DNA of 64,000 nucleotides from positions 3,162,001 through 3,226,000 of the forward strand of contig OZ059895.1 in NCBI GenBank assembly GCA_964057225.1, written 5' to 3'. A model generated the notes under the pieces. It was given only the letters and a program-made list of their open reading frames with translations, had not been told where the DNA came from and did no database searches. The DNA is from Auanema rhodensis. Lineage: Eukaryota > Animalia > Nematoda. The translations under genes were made by a program, and so were the position numbers. Below are positions 10,615 to 26,997 of this stretch, piece after piece. How positions within the stretch are numbered: the stretch's first letter is position 1; each line of letters starts with the position of its first letter.

Positions 10615-13600
10615 CTAGTAAAACATGCCCTTCAAAGCATCAGAACATGTGATCACATTCCAATTTTTTTGAAATCTATCTTGTAAAGATAGTAATAAAC
10701 TTTGATTTTTGTACACCCATAAATTATACGCAGCACAAGTTACCCTCAAATAATGAACTGACCGACTAATCAGACATGGATCTTTCCTAGTTCTGTTGCT
10801 TGAATGGATGTTTTCCTACGTAGGCTAGTAAAACATGCCCTTCAAAGCATCAGAACATGTGATCACATTCCAATTTTTTTGAAATCTATCTTGTAAAGAT
10901 AGTAATAAACTTTGATTTTTGTACACCCATAAATTATACGCAGCACAGGTTACCCTTAAATAATGAACTGACCGACTAATCAGACATGGATCTTTCCTAG
11001 TTCTGTTGCTTGAATGGATGTTTTCCTACGTAGGCTAGTAAAACATGCCCTTCAAAGCATCAGAACATGTGATCACATTCCAATTTTTTTGTATCTTTCT
11101 TGTAAAGATAGTAATATATCATATGTTGAACACTATGTTGGAAAGATTTTCATTCAGATTTTTTAATTTTTATTCAGTTTGTTTTTTAAACTTTGATTAA
11201 GAACTTTGATTTTTGTACACCCATAAATTATACGCAGCACAGGTTACCCTTAAATAATGAACTGACCGACTAATCAGACATGGATCTTTCCAAGTTCTGT
11301 TGCTTGAACGGATGTTTTCCTACGTAGGCTAGTAAAACATGCCCTTCAAAGCATCAGAACATGTGATCACATTCCAATATTTTTGTATCTATCTTGTAAA
11401 GATAGTAATATATCATATGTTGAACACTATGTTGGAAAGATTTTAATTCAGATTTTCTAACTTTTATTCAGTTTGTTTTTTAAACTTTGATTAAGAACTT
11501 TGATTTTTGTACACCCATAAATTATACGCAGCACAGGTTACCCTTAAATAATGAACTGACCAACTAATCAGACATGGATCTTTCCTAGTTCTGTTGCTTG
11601 AATGGATGTTTTCCTACGTAGGCTAGTAAAACATGCCCTTCAAAGCATCAGAACATGTGATCAAATTCCAATTTTTTTGTATCTATCTTGTAAAGATAGT
11701 AATATATCATATGTTGAACACTATGTTGGAAAGATTTTAATTCAGATTTTCGAACTTTTATTCAGTTTGTTTTTTAAACTTTGATTAAGAACTTTGATTT
11801 TTGTACACCCATGAATTATACGCAGCACAGGTTACCCTTAAATAATGAACTGACCGACTAATCAGACATGGATCTTTCCTAGTTCTGTTGCTTGAATGGA
11901 TGTTTTCCTACGTAGGCTAGTAAAACATGCCCTTCAAAGCATCAGAACATGTGATCACATTCCAATTTTTTTGTATCTTTCTTGTAAAGATAGTAATATA
12001 TCATATGTTGAACACTATGTTGGAAAGATTTTAATTCAGATTTTCTAACTTTTATTCAGTTTGTTTTTTAAACTTTGATTAAGAACTTTGATTTTTGTAC
12101 ACCCATGAATTATACGCAGCACAGGTTACCCTTAATTAATGAACTGACCGACTAATCAGACATGGATCTTTCCAAGTTCTGTTGCTTGAACGGATGTTTT
12201 CCTACGTAGGCTAGTAAAACATGCCCTTCAAAGCATCAGAACATGTGATCACATTCCAATATTTTTGTATCTATCTTGTAAAGATAGTAATATATCATAT
12301 GTTGAACACTATGTTGGAAAGATTTTAATTCAGATTTTCTAACTTTTATTCAGTTTGTTTTTTAAACTTTGATTAAGAACTTTGATTTTTGTACACCCAT
12401 GAATTATACGCAGCACAGGTTACCCTTAATTAATGAACTGACCGACTAATCAGACATGGATCTTTCCAAGTTCTGTTGCTTGAACGGATGTTTTCCTACG
12501 AAGGCTAGTAAAACATGCCCTTCAAAGCATCAGAACATGTGATCACATTCCAATATTTTTGTATCTATCTTGTAAAGATAGTAATATATCATATGTTGAA
12601 CACTATGTTGGAAAGATTTTAATTCAGATTTTCTAACTTTTATTCAGTTTGTTTTTTAAACTTCGATTAAGAACTTTGATTTTTGTACACCCATAAATTA
12701 TACGCAGCACAGGTTACCCTTAAATAATGAACTGACCGACTAATCAGACATGGATCTTTCCTAGTTCTGTTGCTTGAATGGATGTTTTCCTACGTAGGCT
12801 AGTAAAACATGCCCTTCAAAGCATCAGAACATGTGATCACATTCCAATTTTTTTGAAATCTATCTTGTAAAGATAGTAATAAACTTTGATTTTTGTACAC
12901 CCATAAATTATACGCAGCACAGGTTACCCTTAAATAATGAACTGACCGACTAATCAGACATGGATCTTTCCTAGTTCTGTTGCTTGAATGGATGTTTTCC
13001 TACGTAGGCTAGTAAAACATGCCCTTCAAAGCATCAGAACATGTGATCACATTCCAATTTTTTTGTATCTTTCTTGTAAAGATAGTAATATATCATATGT
13101 TGAACACTATGTTGGAAAGATTTTAATTCAGATTTTCGAACTTTTATTCAGTTTGTTTTTTAAACTTTGATTAAGAACTTTGATTTTTGTACACCCATGA
13201 ATTATACGCAGCACAGGTTACCCTTAATTAATGAACTGACCGACTAATCAGACATGGATCTTTCCTAGTTCTGTTGCTTGAATGGATGTTTTCCTACGTA
13301 GGCTAGTAAAACATGCCCTTCAAAGCATCAGAACATGTGATCACATTCCAATATTTTTGTATCTATCTTGTAAAGATAGTAATATATCATATGTTGAACA
13401 CTATGTTGGAAAGATTTTAATTCAGATTTTCTAACTTTTATTCAGTTTGTTTTTTAAACTTTGATTAAGAACTTTGATTTTTGTACACCCATGAATTATA
13501 CGCAGCACAGGTTACCCTTAATTAATGAACTGACCGACTAATCAGACATGGATCTTTCCAAGTTCTGTTGCTTGAACGGATGTTTTCCTACGAAGGCTAG

Positions 13601-16368
13601 TAAAACATGCCCTTCAAAGCATCAGAACATGTGATCACATTCCAATTTTTTTGAAATCTATCTTGTAAAGATAGTAATAAACTTTGATTTTTGTACACCC
13701 ATAAATTATACGCAGCACAGGTTACCCTTAAATAATGAACTGACCGACTAATCAGACATGGATCTTTCCTAGTTCTGTTGCTTGAATGGATGTTTTCCTA
13801 CGTAGGCTAGTAAAACATGCCCTTCAAAGCATCAGAACATGTGATCACATTCCAATTTTTTTGTATCTTTCTTGTAAAGATAGTAATATATCATATGTTG
13901 AACACTATGTTGGAAAGATTTTCATTCAGATTTTTTAATTTTTATTCAGTTTGTTTTTTAAACTTTGATTAAGAACTTTGATTTTTGTACACCCATAAAT
14001 TATACGCAGCACAGGTTACCCTTAAATAATGAACTGACCGACTAATCAGACATGGATCTTTCCAAGTTCTGTTGCTTGAACGGATGTTTTCCTACGTAGG
14101 CTAGTAAAACATGCCCTTCAAAGCATCAGAACATGTGATCACATTCCAATATTTTTGTATCTATCTTGTAAAGATAGTAATATATCATATGTTGAACACT
14201 ATGTTGGAAAGATTTTAATTCAGATTTTCTAACTTTTATTCAGTTTGTTTTTTAAACTTTGATTAAGAACTTTGATTTTTGTACACCCATAAATTATACG
14301 CAGCACAGGTTACCCTTAAATAATGAACTGACCAACTAATCAGACATGGATCTTTCCTAGTTCTGTTGCTTGAATGGATGTTTTCCTACGTAGGCTAGTA
14401 AAACATGCCCTTCAAAGCATCAGAACATGTGATCAAATTCCAATTTTTTTGTATCTATCTTGTAAAGATAGTAATATATCATATGTTGAACACTATGTTG
14501 GAAAGATTTTAATTCAGATTTTCGAACTTTTATTCAGTTTGTTTTTTAAACTTTGATTAAGAACTTTGATTTTTGTACACCCATAAATTATACGCAGCAC
14601 AGGTTACCCTTAAATAATGAACTGACCAACTAATCAGACATGGATCTTTCCTAGTTCTGTTGCTTGAATGGATGTTTTCCTACGTAGGCTAGTAAAACAT
14701 GCCCTTCAAAGCATCAGAACATGTGATCAAATTCCAATTTTTTTGTATCTATCTTGTAAAGATAGTAATATATCATATGTTGAACACTATGTTGGAAAGA
14801 TTTTAATTCAGATTTTCGAACTTTTATTCAGTTTGTTTTTTAAACTTTGATTAAGAACTTTGATTTTTGTACACCCATAAATTATACGCAGCACAGGTTA
14901 CCCTTAATTAATGAACTGACCGACTAATCAGACATGGATCTTTCCAAGTTCTGTTGCTTGAACGGATGTTTTCCTACGAAGGCTAGTAAAACATGCCCTT
15001 CAAAGCATCAGAACATGTGATCACATTCCAATATTCTTGTATCTATCTTGTAAAGATAGTAATATATCATATGTTGAACACTATGTTGGAAAGATTTTAA
15101 TTCAGATTTTCTAACTTTTATTCAGTTTGTTTTTTAAACTTCGATTAAGAACTTTGATTTTTGTACACCCATAAATTATACGCAGCACAGGTTACCCTTA
15201 AATAATGAACTGACCGACTAATCAGACATGGATCTTTCCTAGTTCTGTTGCTTGAATGGATGTTTTCCTACGTAGGCTAGTAAAACATGCCCTTCAAAGC
15301 ATCAGAACATGTGATCACATTCCAATTTTTTTGAAATCTATCTTGTAAAGATAGTAATAAACTTTGATTTTTGTACACCCATAAATTATACGCAGCACAG
15401 GTTACCCTTAAATAATGAACTGACCGACTAATCAGACATGGATCTTTCCTAGTTCTGTTGCTTGAATGGATGTTTTCCTACGTAGGCTAGTAAAACATGC
15501 CCTTCAAAGCATCAGAACATGTGATCACATTCCAATTTTTTTGTATCTTTCTTGTAAAGATAGTAATATATCATATGTTGAACACTATGTTGGAAAGATT
15601 TTAATTCAGATTTTCTAACTTTTATTCAGTTTGTTTTTTAAACTTTGATTAAGAACTTTGATTTTTGTACACCCATGAATTATACGCAGCACAGGTTACC
15701 CTTAATTAATGAACTGACCGACTAATCAGACATGGATCTTTCCAAGTTCTGTTGCTTGAACGGATGTTTTCCTACGTAGGCTAGTAAAACATGCCCTTCA
15801 AAGCATCAGAACATGTGATCACATTCCAATATTTTTGTATCTATCTTGTAAAGATAGTAATATATCATATGTTGAACACTATGTTGGAAAGATTTTAATT
15901 CAGATTTTCTAACTTTTATTCAGTTTGTTTTTTAAACTTTGATTAAGAACTTTGATTTTTGTACACCCATGAATTATACGCAGCACAGGTTACCCTTAAT
16001 TAATGAACTGACCGACTAATCAGACATGGATCTTTCCAAGTTCTGTTGCTTGAACGGATGTTTTCCTACGAAGGCTAGTAAAACATGCCCTTCAAAGCAT
16101 CAGAACATGTGATCACATTCCAATATTTTTGTATCTATCTTGTAAAGATAGTAATATATCATATGTTGAACACTATGTTGGAAAGATTTTAATTCAGATT
16201 TTCTAACTTTTATTCAGTTTGTTTTTTAAACTTTGATTAAGAACTTTGATTTTTGTACACCCATAAATTATACGCAGCACAGGTTACCCTTAAATAATGA
16301 ACTGACCGACTAATCAGACATGGATCTTTCCTAGTTCTGTTGCTTGAATGGATGTTTTCCTACGTAGG

Positions 16369-19300
16369 CTAGTAAAACATGCCCTTCAAAGCATCAGAAC
16401 ATGTGATCACATTCCAATTTTTTTGAAATCTATCTTGTAAAGATAGTAATAAACTTTGATTTTTGTACACCCATAAATTATACGCAGCACAAGTTACCCT
16501 TAAATAATGAACTGACCGACTAATCAGACATGGATCTTTCCTAGTTCTGTTGCTTGAATGGATGTTTTCCTACGTAGGCTAGTAAAACATGCCCTTCAAA
16601 GCATCAGAACATGTGATCACATTCCAATTTTTTTGTATCTTTCTTGTAAAGATAGTAATATATCATATGTTGAACACTATGTTGGAAAGATTTTCATTCA
16701 GATTTTTTAATTTTTATTCAGTTTGTTTTTTAAACTTTGATTAAGAACTTTGATTTTTGTACACCCATAAATTATACGCAGCACAGGTTACCCTTAAATA
16801 ATGAACTGACCGACTAATCAGACATGGATCTTTCCAAGTTCTGTTGCTTGAACGGATGTTTTCCTACGTAGGCTAGTAAAACATGCCCTTCAAAGCATCA
16901 GAACATGTGATCACATTCCAATATTTTTGTATCTATCTTGTAAAGATAGTAATATATCATATGTTGAACACTATGTTGGAAAGATTTTAATTCAGATTTT
17001 CTAACTTTTATTCAGTTTGTTTTTTAAACTTTGATTAAGAACTTTGATTTTTGTACACCCATAAATTATACGCAGCACAGGTTACCCTTAAATAATGAAC
17101 TGACCAACTAATCAGACATGGATCTTTCCTAGTTCTGTTGCTTGAATGGATGTTTTCCTACGTAGGCTAGTAAAACATGCCCTTCAAAGCATCAGAACAT
17201 GTGATCAAATTCCAACTTTTTTGTATCTATCTTGTAAAGATAGTAATATATCATATGTTGAACACTATGTTGGAAAGATTTTAATTCAGATTTTCGAACT
17301 TTTATTCAGTTTGTTTTTTAAACTTTGATTAAGAACTTTGATTTTTGTACACCCATAAATTATACGCAGCACAGGTTACCCTTAATTAATGAACTGACCG
17401 ACTAATCAGACATGGATCTTTCCAAGTTCTGTTGCTTGAACGGATGTTTTCCTAGGAAGGCTAGTAAAACATGCCCTTCAAAGCATCAGAACATGTGATC
17501 ACATTCCAATATTTTTGTATCTATCTTGTAAAGATAGTAATATATCATATGTTGAACACTATGTTGGAAAGATTTTAATTCAGATTTTCTAACTTTTATT
17601 CAGTTTGTTTTTTAAACTTCGATTAAGAACTTTGATTTATGTACACCCATAAATTATACGCAGCACAGGTTACCCTTAAATAATGAACTGACCGACTAAT
17701 CAGACATGGATCTTTCCTAGTTCTGTTGCTTGAATGGATGTTTTCCTACGTAGGCTAGTAAAACATGCCCTTCAAAGCATCAGAACATGTGATCACATTC
17801 CAATTTTTTTGAAATCTATCTTGTAAAGATAGTAATAAACTTTGATTTTTGTACACCCATAAATTATACGCAGCACAGGTTACCCTTAAATAATGAACTG
17901 ACCGACTAATCAGACATGGATCTTTCCTAGTTCTGTTGCTTGAATGGATGTTTTCCTACGTAGGCTAGTAAAACATGCCCTTCAAAGCATCAGAACATGT
18001 GATCACATTCCAATTTTTTTGAAATCTATCTTGTAAAGATAGTAATAAACTTTGATTTTTGTACACCCATAAATTATACGCAGCACAAGTTACCCTTAAA
18101 TAATGAACTGACCGACTAATCAGACATGGATCTTTCCTAGTTCTGTTGCTTGAATGGATGTTTTCCTACGTAGGCTAGTAAAACATGCCCTTCAAAGCAT
18201 CAGAACATGTGATCACATTCCAATTTTTTTGTATCTTTCTTGTAAAGATAGTAATATATCATATGTTGAACACTATGTTGGAAAGATTTTCATTCAGATT
18301 TTTTAATTTTTATTCAGTTTGTTTTTTAAACTTTGATTAAGAACTTTGATTTTTGTACACCCATAAATTATACGCAGCACAGGTTACCCTTAAATAATGA
18401 ACTGACCGACTAATCAGACATGGATCTTTCCAAGTTCTGTTGCTTGAACGGATGTTTTCCTACGTAGGCTAGTAAAACATGCCCTTCAAAGCATCAGAAC
18501 ATGTGATCACATTCCAATATTTTTGTATCTATCTTGTAAAGATAGTAATATATCATATGTTGAACACTATGTTGGAAAGATTTTAATTCAGATTTTCTAA
18601 CTTTTATTCAGTTTGTTTTTTAAACTTTGATTAAGAACTTTGATTTTTGTACACCCATAAATTATACGCAGCACAGGTTACCCTTAAATAATGAACTGAC
18701 CAACTAATCAGACATGGATCTTTCCTAGTTCTGTTGCTTGAATGGATGTTTTCCTACGTAGGCTAGTAAAACATGCCCTTCAAAGCATCAGAACATGTGA
18801 TCAAATTCCAACTTTTTTGTATCTATCTTGTAAAGATAGTAATATATCATATGTTGAACACTATGTTGGAAAGATTTTAATTCAGATTTTCGAACTTTTA
18901 TTCAGTTTGTTTTTTAAACTTTGATTAAGAACTTTGATTTTTGTACACCCATAAATTATACGCAGCACAGGTTACCCTTAATTAATGAACTGACCGACTA
19001 ATCAGACATGGATCTTTCCAAGTTCTGTTGCTTGAACGGATGTTTTCCTAGGAAGGCTAGTAAAACATGCCCTTCAAAGCATCAGAACATGTGATCACAT
19101 TCCAATATTTTTGTATCTATCTTGTAAAGATAGTAATATATCATATGTTGAACACTATGTTGGAAAGATTTTAATTCAGATTTTCTAACTTTTATTCAGT
19201 TTGTTTTTTAAACTTCGATTAAGAACTTTGATTTATGTACACCCATAAATTATACGCAGCACAGGTTACCCTTAAATAATGAACTGACCGACTAATCAGA

Positions 19301-19560
19301 CATGGATCTTTCCTAGTTCTGTTGCTTGAATGGATGTTTTCCTACGTAGGCTAGTAAAACATGCCCTTCAAAGCATCAGAACATGTGATCACATTCCAAT
19401 TTTTTTGAAATCTATCTTGTAAAGATAGTAATAAACTTTGATTTTTGTACACCCATAAATTATACGCAGCACAGGTTACCCTTAAATAATGAACTGACCG
19501 ACTAATCAGACATGGATCTTTCCTAGTTCTGTTGCTTGAATGGATGTTTTCCTACGTAGG
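16369..19560 (+). repeat. Two tandem copies of a 1596 bp 6-mer higher-order repeat
   Basis: Composition 210+4x294+210. Private alleles CCAACTTT, CTAGGAAGG and GATTTATG were each seen only twice, 1596 bp apart (ORFs at 17146 and 18742 both encode QIPT). Confidence 0.92.
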
Positions 19561-22500
19561 CTAGTAAAACATGCCCTTCAAAGCATCAGAACATGTGATC
19601 ACATTCCAATTTTTTTGTATCTTTCTTGTAAAGATAGTAATATATCATATGTTGAACACTATGTTGGAAAGATTTTAATTCAGATTTTCGAACTTTTATT
19701 CAGTTTGTTTTTTAAACTTTGATTAAGAACTTTGATTTTTGTACACCCATGACTTATACGCAGCACAGGTTACCCTTAATTAATGAACTGACCGACTAAT
19801 CAGACATGGATCTTTCCAAGTTCTGTTGCTTGAACGGATGTTTTCCTACGAAGGCTAGTAAAACATGCCCTTCAAAGCATCAGAACATGTGATCACATTC
19901 CAATATTTTTGTATCTATCTTGTAAAGATAGTAATATATCATATGTTGAACACTATGTTGGAAAGATTTTAATTCAGATTTTCTAACTTTTATTCAGTTT
20001 GTTTTTTAAACTTTGATTAAGAACTTTGATTTTTGTACACCCATAAATTATACGCAGCACAGGTTACCCTTAAATAATGAACTGACCGACTAATCAGACA
20101 TGGATCTTTCCTAGTTCTGTTGCTTGAATGGATGTTTTCCTACGTAGGCTAGTAAAACATGCCCTTCAAAGCATCAGAACATGTGATCACATTCCAATTT
20201 TTTTGAAATCTATCTTGTAAAGATAGTAATAAACTTTGATTTTTGTACACCCATAAATTATACGCAGCACAAGTTACCCTTAAATAATGAACTGACCGAC
20301 TAATCAGACATGGATCTTTCCTAGTTCTGTTGCTTGAATGGATGTTTTCCTACGTAGGCTAGTAAAACATGCCCTTCAAAGCATCAGAACATGTGATCAC
20401 ATTCCAATTTTTTTGAAATCTATCTTGTAAAGATAGTAATAAACTTTGATTTTTGTACACCCATAAATTATACGCAGCACAGGTTACCCTTAAATAATGA
20501 ACTGACCGACTAATCAGACATGGATCTTTCCTAGTTCTGTTGCTTGAATGGATGTTTTCCTACGTAGGCTAGTAAAACATGCCCTTCAAAGCATCAGAAC
20601 ATGTGATCACATTCCAATTTTTTTGTATCTTTCTTGTAAAGATAGTAATATATCATATGTTGAACACTATGTTGGAAAGATTTTAATTCAGATTTTCGAA
20701 CTTTTATTCAGTTTGTTTTTTAAACTTTGATTAAGAACTTTGATTTTTGTACACCCATAAATTATACGCAGCACAGGTTACCCTTAATTAATGAACTGAC
20801 CGACTAATCAGACATGGATCTTTCCAAGTTCTGTTGCTTGAACGGATGTTTTCCTACGAAGGCTAGTAAAACATGCCCTTCAAAGCATCAGAACATGTGA
20901 TCACATTCCAATATTTTTGTATCTATCTTGTAAAGATAGTAATATATCATATGTTGAACACTATGTTGGAAAGATTTTAATTCAGATTTTCTAACTTTTA
21001 TTCAGTTTGTTTTTTAAACTTTGATTAAGAACTTTGATTTTTGTACACCCATAAATTATACGCAGCACAGGTTACACTTAAATAATGAACTGACCGACTA
21101 ATCAGACATGGATCTTTCCTAGTTCTGTTGCTTGAATGGATGTTTTCCTACGTAGGCTAGTAAAACATGCCCTTCAAAGCATCAGAACATGTGATCACAT
21201 TCCAATTTTTTTGTATCTATCTTGTAAAGATAGTAATATATCATATGTTGAACACTATGTTGGAAAGATTTTAATTCAGATTTTCTAACTTTTATTCAGT
21301 TTGTTTTTTAAACTTTGATTAAGAACTTTGATTTTTGTACACCCATAAATTATACGCAGCACAGGTTACCCTTAAATAATGAACTGACCGACTAATCAGA
21401 CATGGATCTTTCCTAGTTCTGTTGCTTGAATGGATGTTTTCCTACGTAGGCTAGTAAAACATGCCCTTCAAAGCATCAGAACATGTGATCACATTCCAAT
21501 TTTTTTGAAATCTATCTTGTAAAGATAGTAATAAACTTTGATTTTTGTACACCCATAAATTATACGCAGCACAAGTTACCCTTAAATAATGAACTGACCG
21601 ACTAATCAGACATGGATCTTTCCTAGTTCTGTTGCTTGAATGGATGTTTTCCTACGTAGGCTAGTAAAACATGCCCTTCAAAGCATCAGAACATGTGATC
21701 ACATTCCAATTTTTTTGAAATCTATCTTGTAAAGATAGTAATAAACTTTGATTTTTGTACACCCATAAATTATACGCAGCACAGGTTACCCTTAAATAAT
21801 GAACTGACCGACTAATCAGACATGGATCTTTCCTAGTTCTGTTGCTTGAATGGATGTTTTCCTACGTAGGCTAGTAAAACATGCCCTTCAAAGCATCAGA
21901 ACATGTGATCACATTCCAATTTTTTTGTATCTTTCTTGTAAAGATAGTAATATATCATATGTTGAACACTATGTTGGAAAGATTTTCATTCAGATTTTTT
22001 AATTTTTATTCAGTTTGTTTTTTAAACTTTGATTAAGAACTTTGATTTTTGTACACCCATAAATTATACGCAGCACAGGTTACCCTTAAATAATGAACTG
22101 ACCGACTAATCAGACATGGATCTTTCCAAGTTCTGTTGCTTGAACGGATGTTTTCCTACGTAGGCTAGTAAAACATGCCCTTCAAAGCATCAGAACATGT
22201 GATCACATTCCAATATTTTTGTATCTATCTTGTAAAGATAGTAATATATCATATGTTGAACACTATGTTGGAAAGATTTTAATTCAGATTTTCTAACTTT
22301 TATTCAGTTTGTTTTTTAAACTTTGATTAAGAACTTTGATTTTTGTACACCCATAAATTATACGCAGCACAGGTTACCCTTAAATAATGAACTGACCAAC
22401 TAATCAGACATGGATCTTTCCTAGTTCTGTTGCTTGAACGGATGTTTTCCTACGAAGGCTAGTAAAACATGCCCTTCAAAGCATCAGAACATGTGATCAC

Positions 22501-23466
22501 ATTCCAATATTTTTGTATCTATCTTGTAAAGATAGTAATATATCATATGTTGAACACTATGTTGGAAAGATTTTAATTCAGATTTTCGAACTTTTATTCA
22601 GTTTGTTTTTTAAACTTTGATTAAGAACTTTGATTTTTGTACACCCATGAATTATACGCAGCACAGGTTACCCTTAATTAATGAACTGACCGACTAATCA
22701 GACATGGATCTTTCCAAGTTCTGTTGCTTGAACGGATGTTTTCCTACGAAGGCTAGTAAAACATGCCCTTCAAAGCATCAGAACATGTGATCACATTCCA
22801 ATATTTTTGTATCTATCTTGTAAAGATAGTAATATATCATATGTTGAACACTATGTTGGAAAGATTTTAATTCAGATTTTCTAACTTTTATTCAGTTTGT
22901 TTTTTAAACTTTGATTAAGAACTTTGATTTTTGTACACCCATAAATTATACGCAGCACAGGTTACCCTTAAATAATGAACTGACCGACTAATCAGACATG
23001 GATCTTTCCTAGTTCTGTTGCTTGAATGGATGTTTTCCTACGTAGGCTAGTAAAACATGCCCTTCAAAGCATCAGAACATGTGATCACATTCCAATTTTT
23101 TTGAAATCTATCTTGTAAAGATAGTAATAAACTTTGATTTTTGTACACCCATAAATTATACGCAGCACAAGTTACCCTTAAATAATGAACTGACCGACTA
23201 ATCAGACATGGATCTTTCCTAGTTCTGTTGCTTGAATGGATGTTTTCCTACGTAGGCTAGTAAAACATGCCCTTCAAAGCATCAGAACATGTGATCACAT
23301 TCCAATTTTTTTGAAATCTATCTTGTAAAGATAGTAATAAACTTTGATTTTTGTACACCCATAAATTATACGCAGCACAGGTTACCCTTAAATAATGAAC
23401 TGACCGACTAATCAGACATGGATCTTTCCTAGTTCTGTTGCTTGAATGGATGTTTTCCTACGTAGG

Positions 23467-25818
23467 CTAGTAAAACATGCCCTTCAAAGCATCAGAACAT
23501 GTGATCACATTCCAATTTTTTTGTATCTTTCTTGTAAAGATAGTAATATATCATATGTTGAACACTATGTTGGAAAGATTTTAATTCAGATTTTCGAACT
23601 TTTATTCAGTTTGTTTTTTAAACTTTGATTAAGAACTTTGATTTTTGTACACCCATAAATTATACGCAGCACAGGTTACCCTTAATTAATGAACTGACCG
23701 ACTAATCAGACATGGATCTTTCCAAGTTCTGTTGCTTGAACGGATGTTTTCCTACGAAGGCTAGTAAAACATGCCCTTCAAAGCATCAGAACATGTGATC
23801 ACATTCCAATATTTTTGTATCTATCTTGTAAAGATAGTAATATATCATATGTTGAACACTATGTTGGAAAGATTTTAATTCAGATTTTCTAACTTTTATT
23901 CAGTTTGTTTTTTAAACTTTGATTAAGAACTTTGATTTTTGTACACCCATAAATTATACGCAGCACAGGTTACACTTAAATAATGAACTGACCGACTAAT
24001 CAGACATGGATCTTTCCTAGTTCTGTTGCTTGAATGGATGTTTTCCTACGTAGGCTAGTAAAACATGCCCTTCAAAGCATCAGAACATGTGATCACATTC
24101 CAATTTTTTTGTATCTATCTTGTAAAGATAGTAATATATCATATGTTGAACACTATGTTGGAAAGATTTTAATTCAGATTTACGAACTTTTATTCAGTTT
24201 GTTTTTTAAACTTTGATTAAGAACTTTGATTTTTGTACACCCATAAATTATACGCAGCACAGGTTACCCTTAATTAATGAACTGACCGACTAATCAGACA
24301 TGGATCTTTCCAAGTTCTGTTGCTTGAACGGATGTTTTCCTACGTAGGCTAGTAAAACATGCCCTTCAAAGCATCAGAACATGTGATCACATTCCAATTT
24401 TTTTGTATCTATCTTGTAAAGATAGTAATATATCATATGTTGAACACTATGTTGGAAAGATTTTAATTCAGATTTTCTAACTTTTATTCAGTTTGTTTTT
24501 TAAACTTTGATTAAGAACTTTGATTTTTGTACACCCATAAATTATACGCAGCACAGGTTACCCTTGAATAATGAACTGACCGACTAATCAGACATGGATC
24601 TTTCCTAGTTCTGTTGCTTGAATGGATGTTTTCCTACGTAGGCTAGTAAAACATGCCCTTCAAAGCATCAGAACATGTGATCACATTCCAATTTTTTTGT
24701 ATCTTTCTTGTAAAGATAGTAATATATCATATGTTGAACACTATGTTGGAAAGATTTTAATTCAGATTTTCGAACTTTTATTCAGTTTGTTTTTTAAACT
24801 TTGATTAAGAACTTTGATTTTTGTACACCCATAAATTATACGCAGCACAGGTTACCCTTAATTAATGAACTGACCGACTAATCAGACATGGATCTTTCCA
24901 AGTTCTGTTGCTTGAACGGATGTTTTCCTACGAAGGCTAGTAAAACATGCCCTTCAAAGCATCAGAACATGTGATCACATTCCAATATTTTTGTATCTAT
25001 CTTGTAAAGATAGTAATATATCATATGTTGAACACTATGTTGGAAAGATTTTAATTCAGATTTTCTAACTTTTATTCAGTTTGTTTTTTAAACTTTGATT
25101 AAGAACTTTGATTTTTGTACACCCATAAATTATACGCAGCACAGGTTACACTTAAATAATGAACTGACCGACTAATCAGACATGGATCTTTCCTAGTTCT
25201 GTTGCTTGAATGGATGTTTTCCTACGTAGGCTAGTAAAACATGCCCTTCAAAGCATCAGAACATGTGATCACATTCCAATTTTTTTGTATCTATCTTGTA
25301 AAGATAGTAATATATCATATGTTGAACACTATGTTGGAAAGATTTTAATTCAGATTTACGAACTTTTATTCAGTTTGTTTTTTAAACTTTGATTAAGAAC
25401 TTTGATTTTTGTACACCCATAAATTATACGCAGCACAGGTTACCCTTAATTAATGAACTGACCGACTAATCAGACATGGATCTTTCCAAGTTCTGTTGCT
25501 TGAACGGATGTTTTCCTACGTAGGCTAGTAAAACATGCCCTTCAAAGCATCAGAACATGTGATCACATTCCAATTTTTTTGTATCTATCTTGTAAAGATA
25601 GTAATATATCATATGTTGAACACTATGTTGGAAAGATTTTAATTCAGATTTTCTAACTTTTATTCAGTTTGTTTTTTAAACTTTGATTAAGAACTTTGAT
25701 TTTTGTACACCCATAAATTATACGCAGCACAGGTTACCCTTAAATAATGAACTGACCGACTAATCAGACATGGATCTTTCCTAGTTCTGTTGCTTGAATG
25801 GATGTTTTCCTACGTAGG
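23467..25818 (+). repeat. Two tandem copies of a 1176 bp tetramer (4x294)
   Basis: ORF offsets 23446/24622 and 24034/25210. The allele order CTTTCTT+TTCGAA, TTACACTT, TACGAA repeats. Confidence 0.9.
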
Positions 25819-26701
25819 CTAGTAAAACATGCCCTTCAAAGCATCAGAACATGTGATCACATTCCAATTTTTTTGTATCTATCTTGTAAAGATAGTAATA
25901 TATCATATGTTGAACACTATGTTGGAAAGATTTTAATTCAGATTTTCGAACTTTTATTCAGTTTGTTTTTTAAACTTTGATTAAGAACTTTGATTTTTGT
26001 ACACCCATAAATTATACGCAGCACAGGTTACCCTTAATTAATGAACTGACCGACTAATCAGACATGGATCTTTCCAAGTTCTGTTGCTTGAACGGATGTT
26101 TTCCTACGTAGGCTAGTAAAACATGCCCTTCAAAGCATCAGAACATGTGACCACATTCCAATTTTTTTGTATCTTTCTTGTAAAGATAGTAATATATCAT
26201 ATGTTGAACACTATGTTGGAAAGATTTTAATTCAGATTTTTTCAACTTTCACTCAATTTGTTTTCTAAACTTTGATTAAGAACTTTGATTTTTGTACACC
26301 CATAAATTATACGCAGCACAGGTTACCCTTGAATAATGAACTGACCGACTAATCAGACATGGATCTTTCCAAGTTCTGTTGCTTGAACGGATGTTTTCCT
26401 ACGTAGGCTAGTAAAACATGCCCTTCAAAGCATCAGAACATGTGATCACATTCCATTTTTTTTGTATCTATCTTGTAAAGATAGTAATATATCATATGTT
26501 GAACACTATGTTGGAAAGATTTTAATTCAGATTTTCTAACTTTTATTCAGTTTGTTTTTTAAACTTTGATTAAGAACTTTGATTTTTGTACACCCATAAA
26601 TTATACGCAGCACAGGTTACCCTTAAATAATGAACTGACCGACTAATCAGACATGGATCTTTCCTAGTTCTGTTGCTTGAATGGATGTTTTCCTACGTAG
26701 G

Positions 26702-26997
26702 CTAGTAAAACATGCCCTTCAAAGCATCAGAACATGTGATCACATTCCAATTTTTTTGAAATCTATCTTGTAAAGATAGTAATATATCATATGTTGAACA
26801 CTATGTTGGAAAGATTTTAATTCAGATTTTTTCAACTTTCACTCAGTTTGTTTTCTAAACTTTGATTAAGAACCTTGTTGTTTGTACACCCATAAAATAT
26901 ACGCAGCACAGGTTACCCTTAAATAATGAACTGACCGTCTAATCAGACATGGATCTTCCCAAGTTCTGTTGCTTGAATGGATGTTTTCCTACGTAGG
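26702..26997 (+). repeat. Most divergent monomer class, 296 bp, 7 copies
   Basis: Linked alleles GAAATC, TCAACTTTCACTCAG, AACCTTGTTGTTTG, ATAAAATA, ACCGTCT and CTTCCC. Copies start at 26702, 30653, 33429, 50572, 53348, 55913 and 59990. Confidence 0.93.
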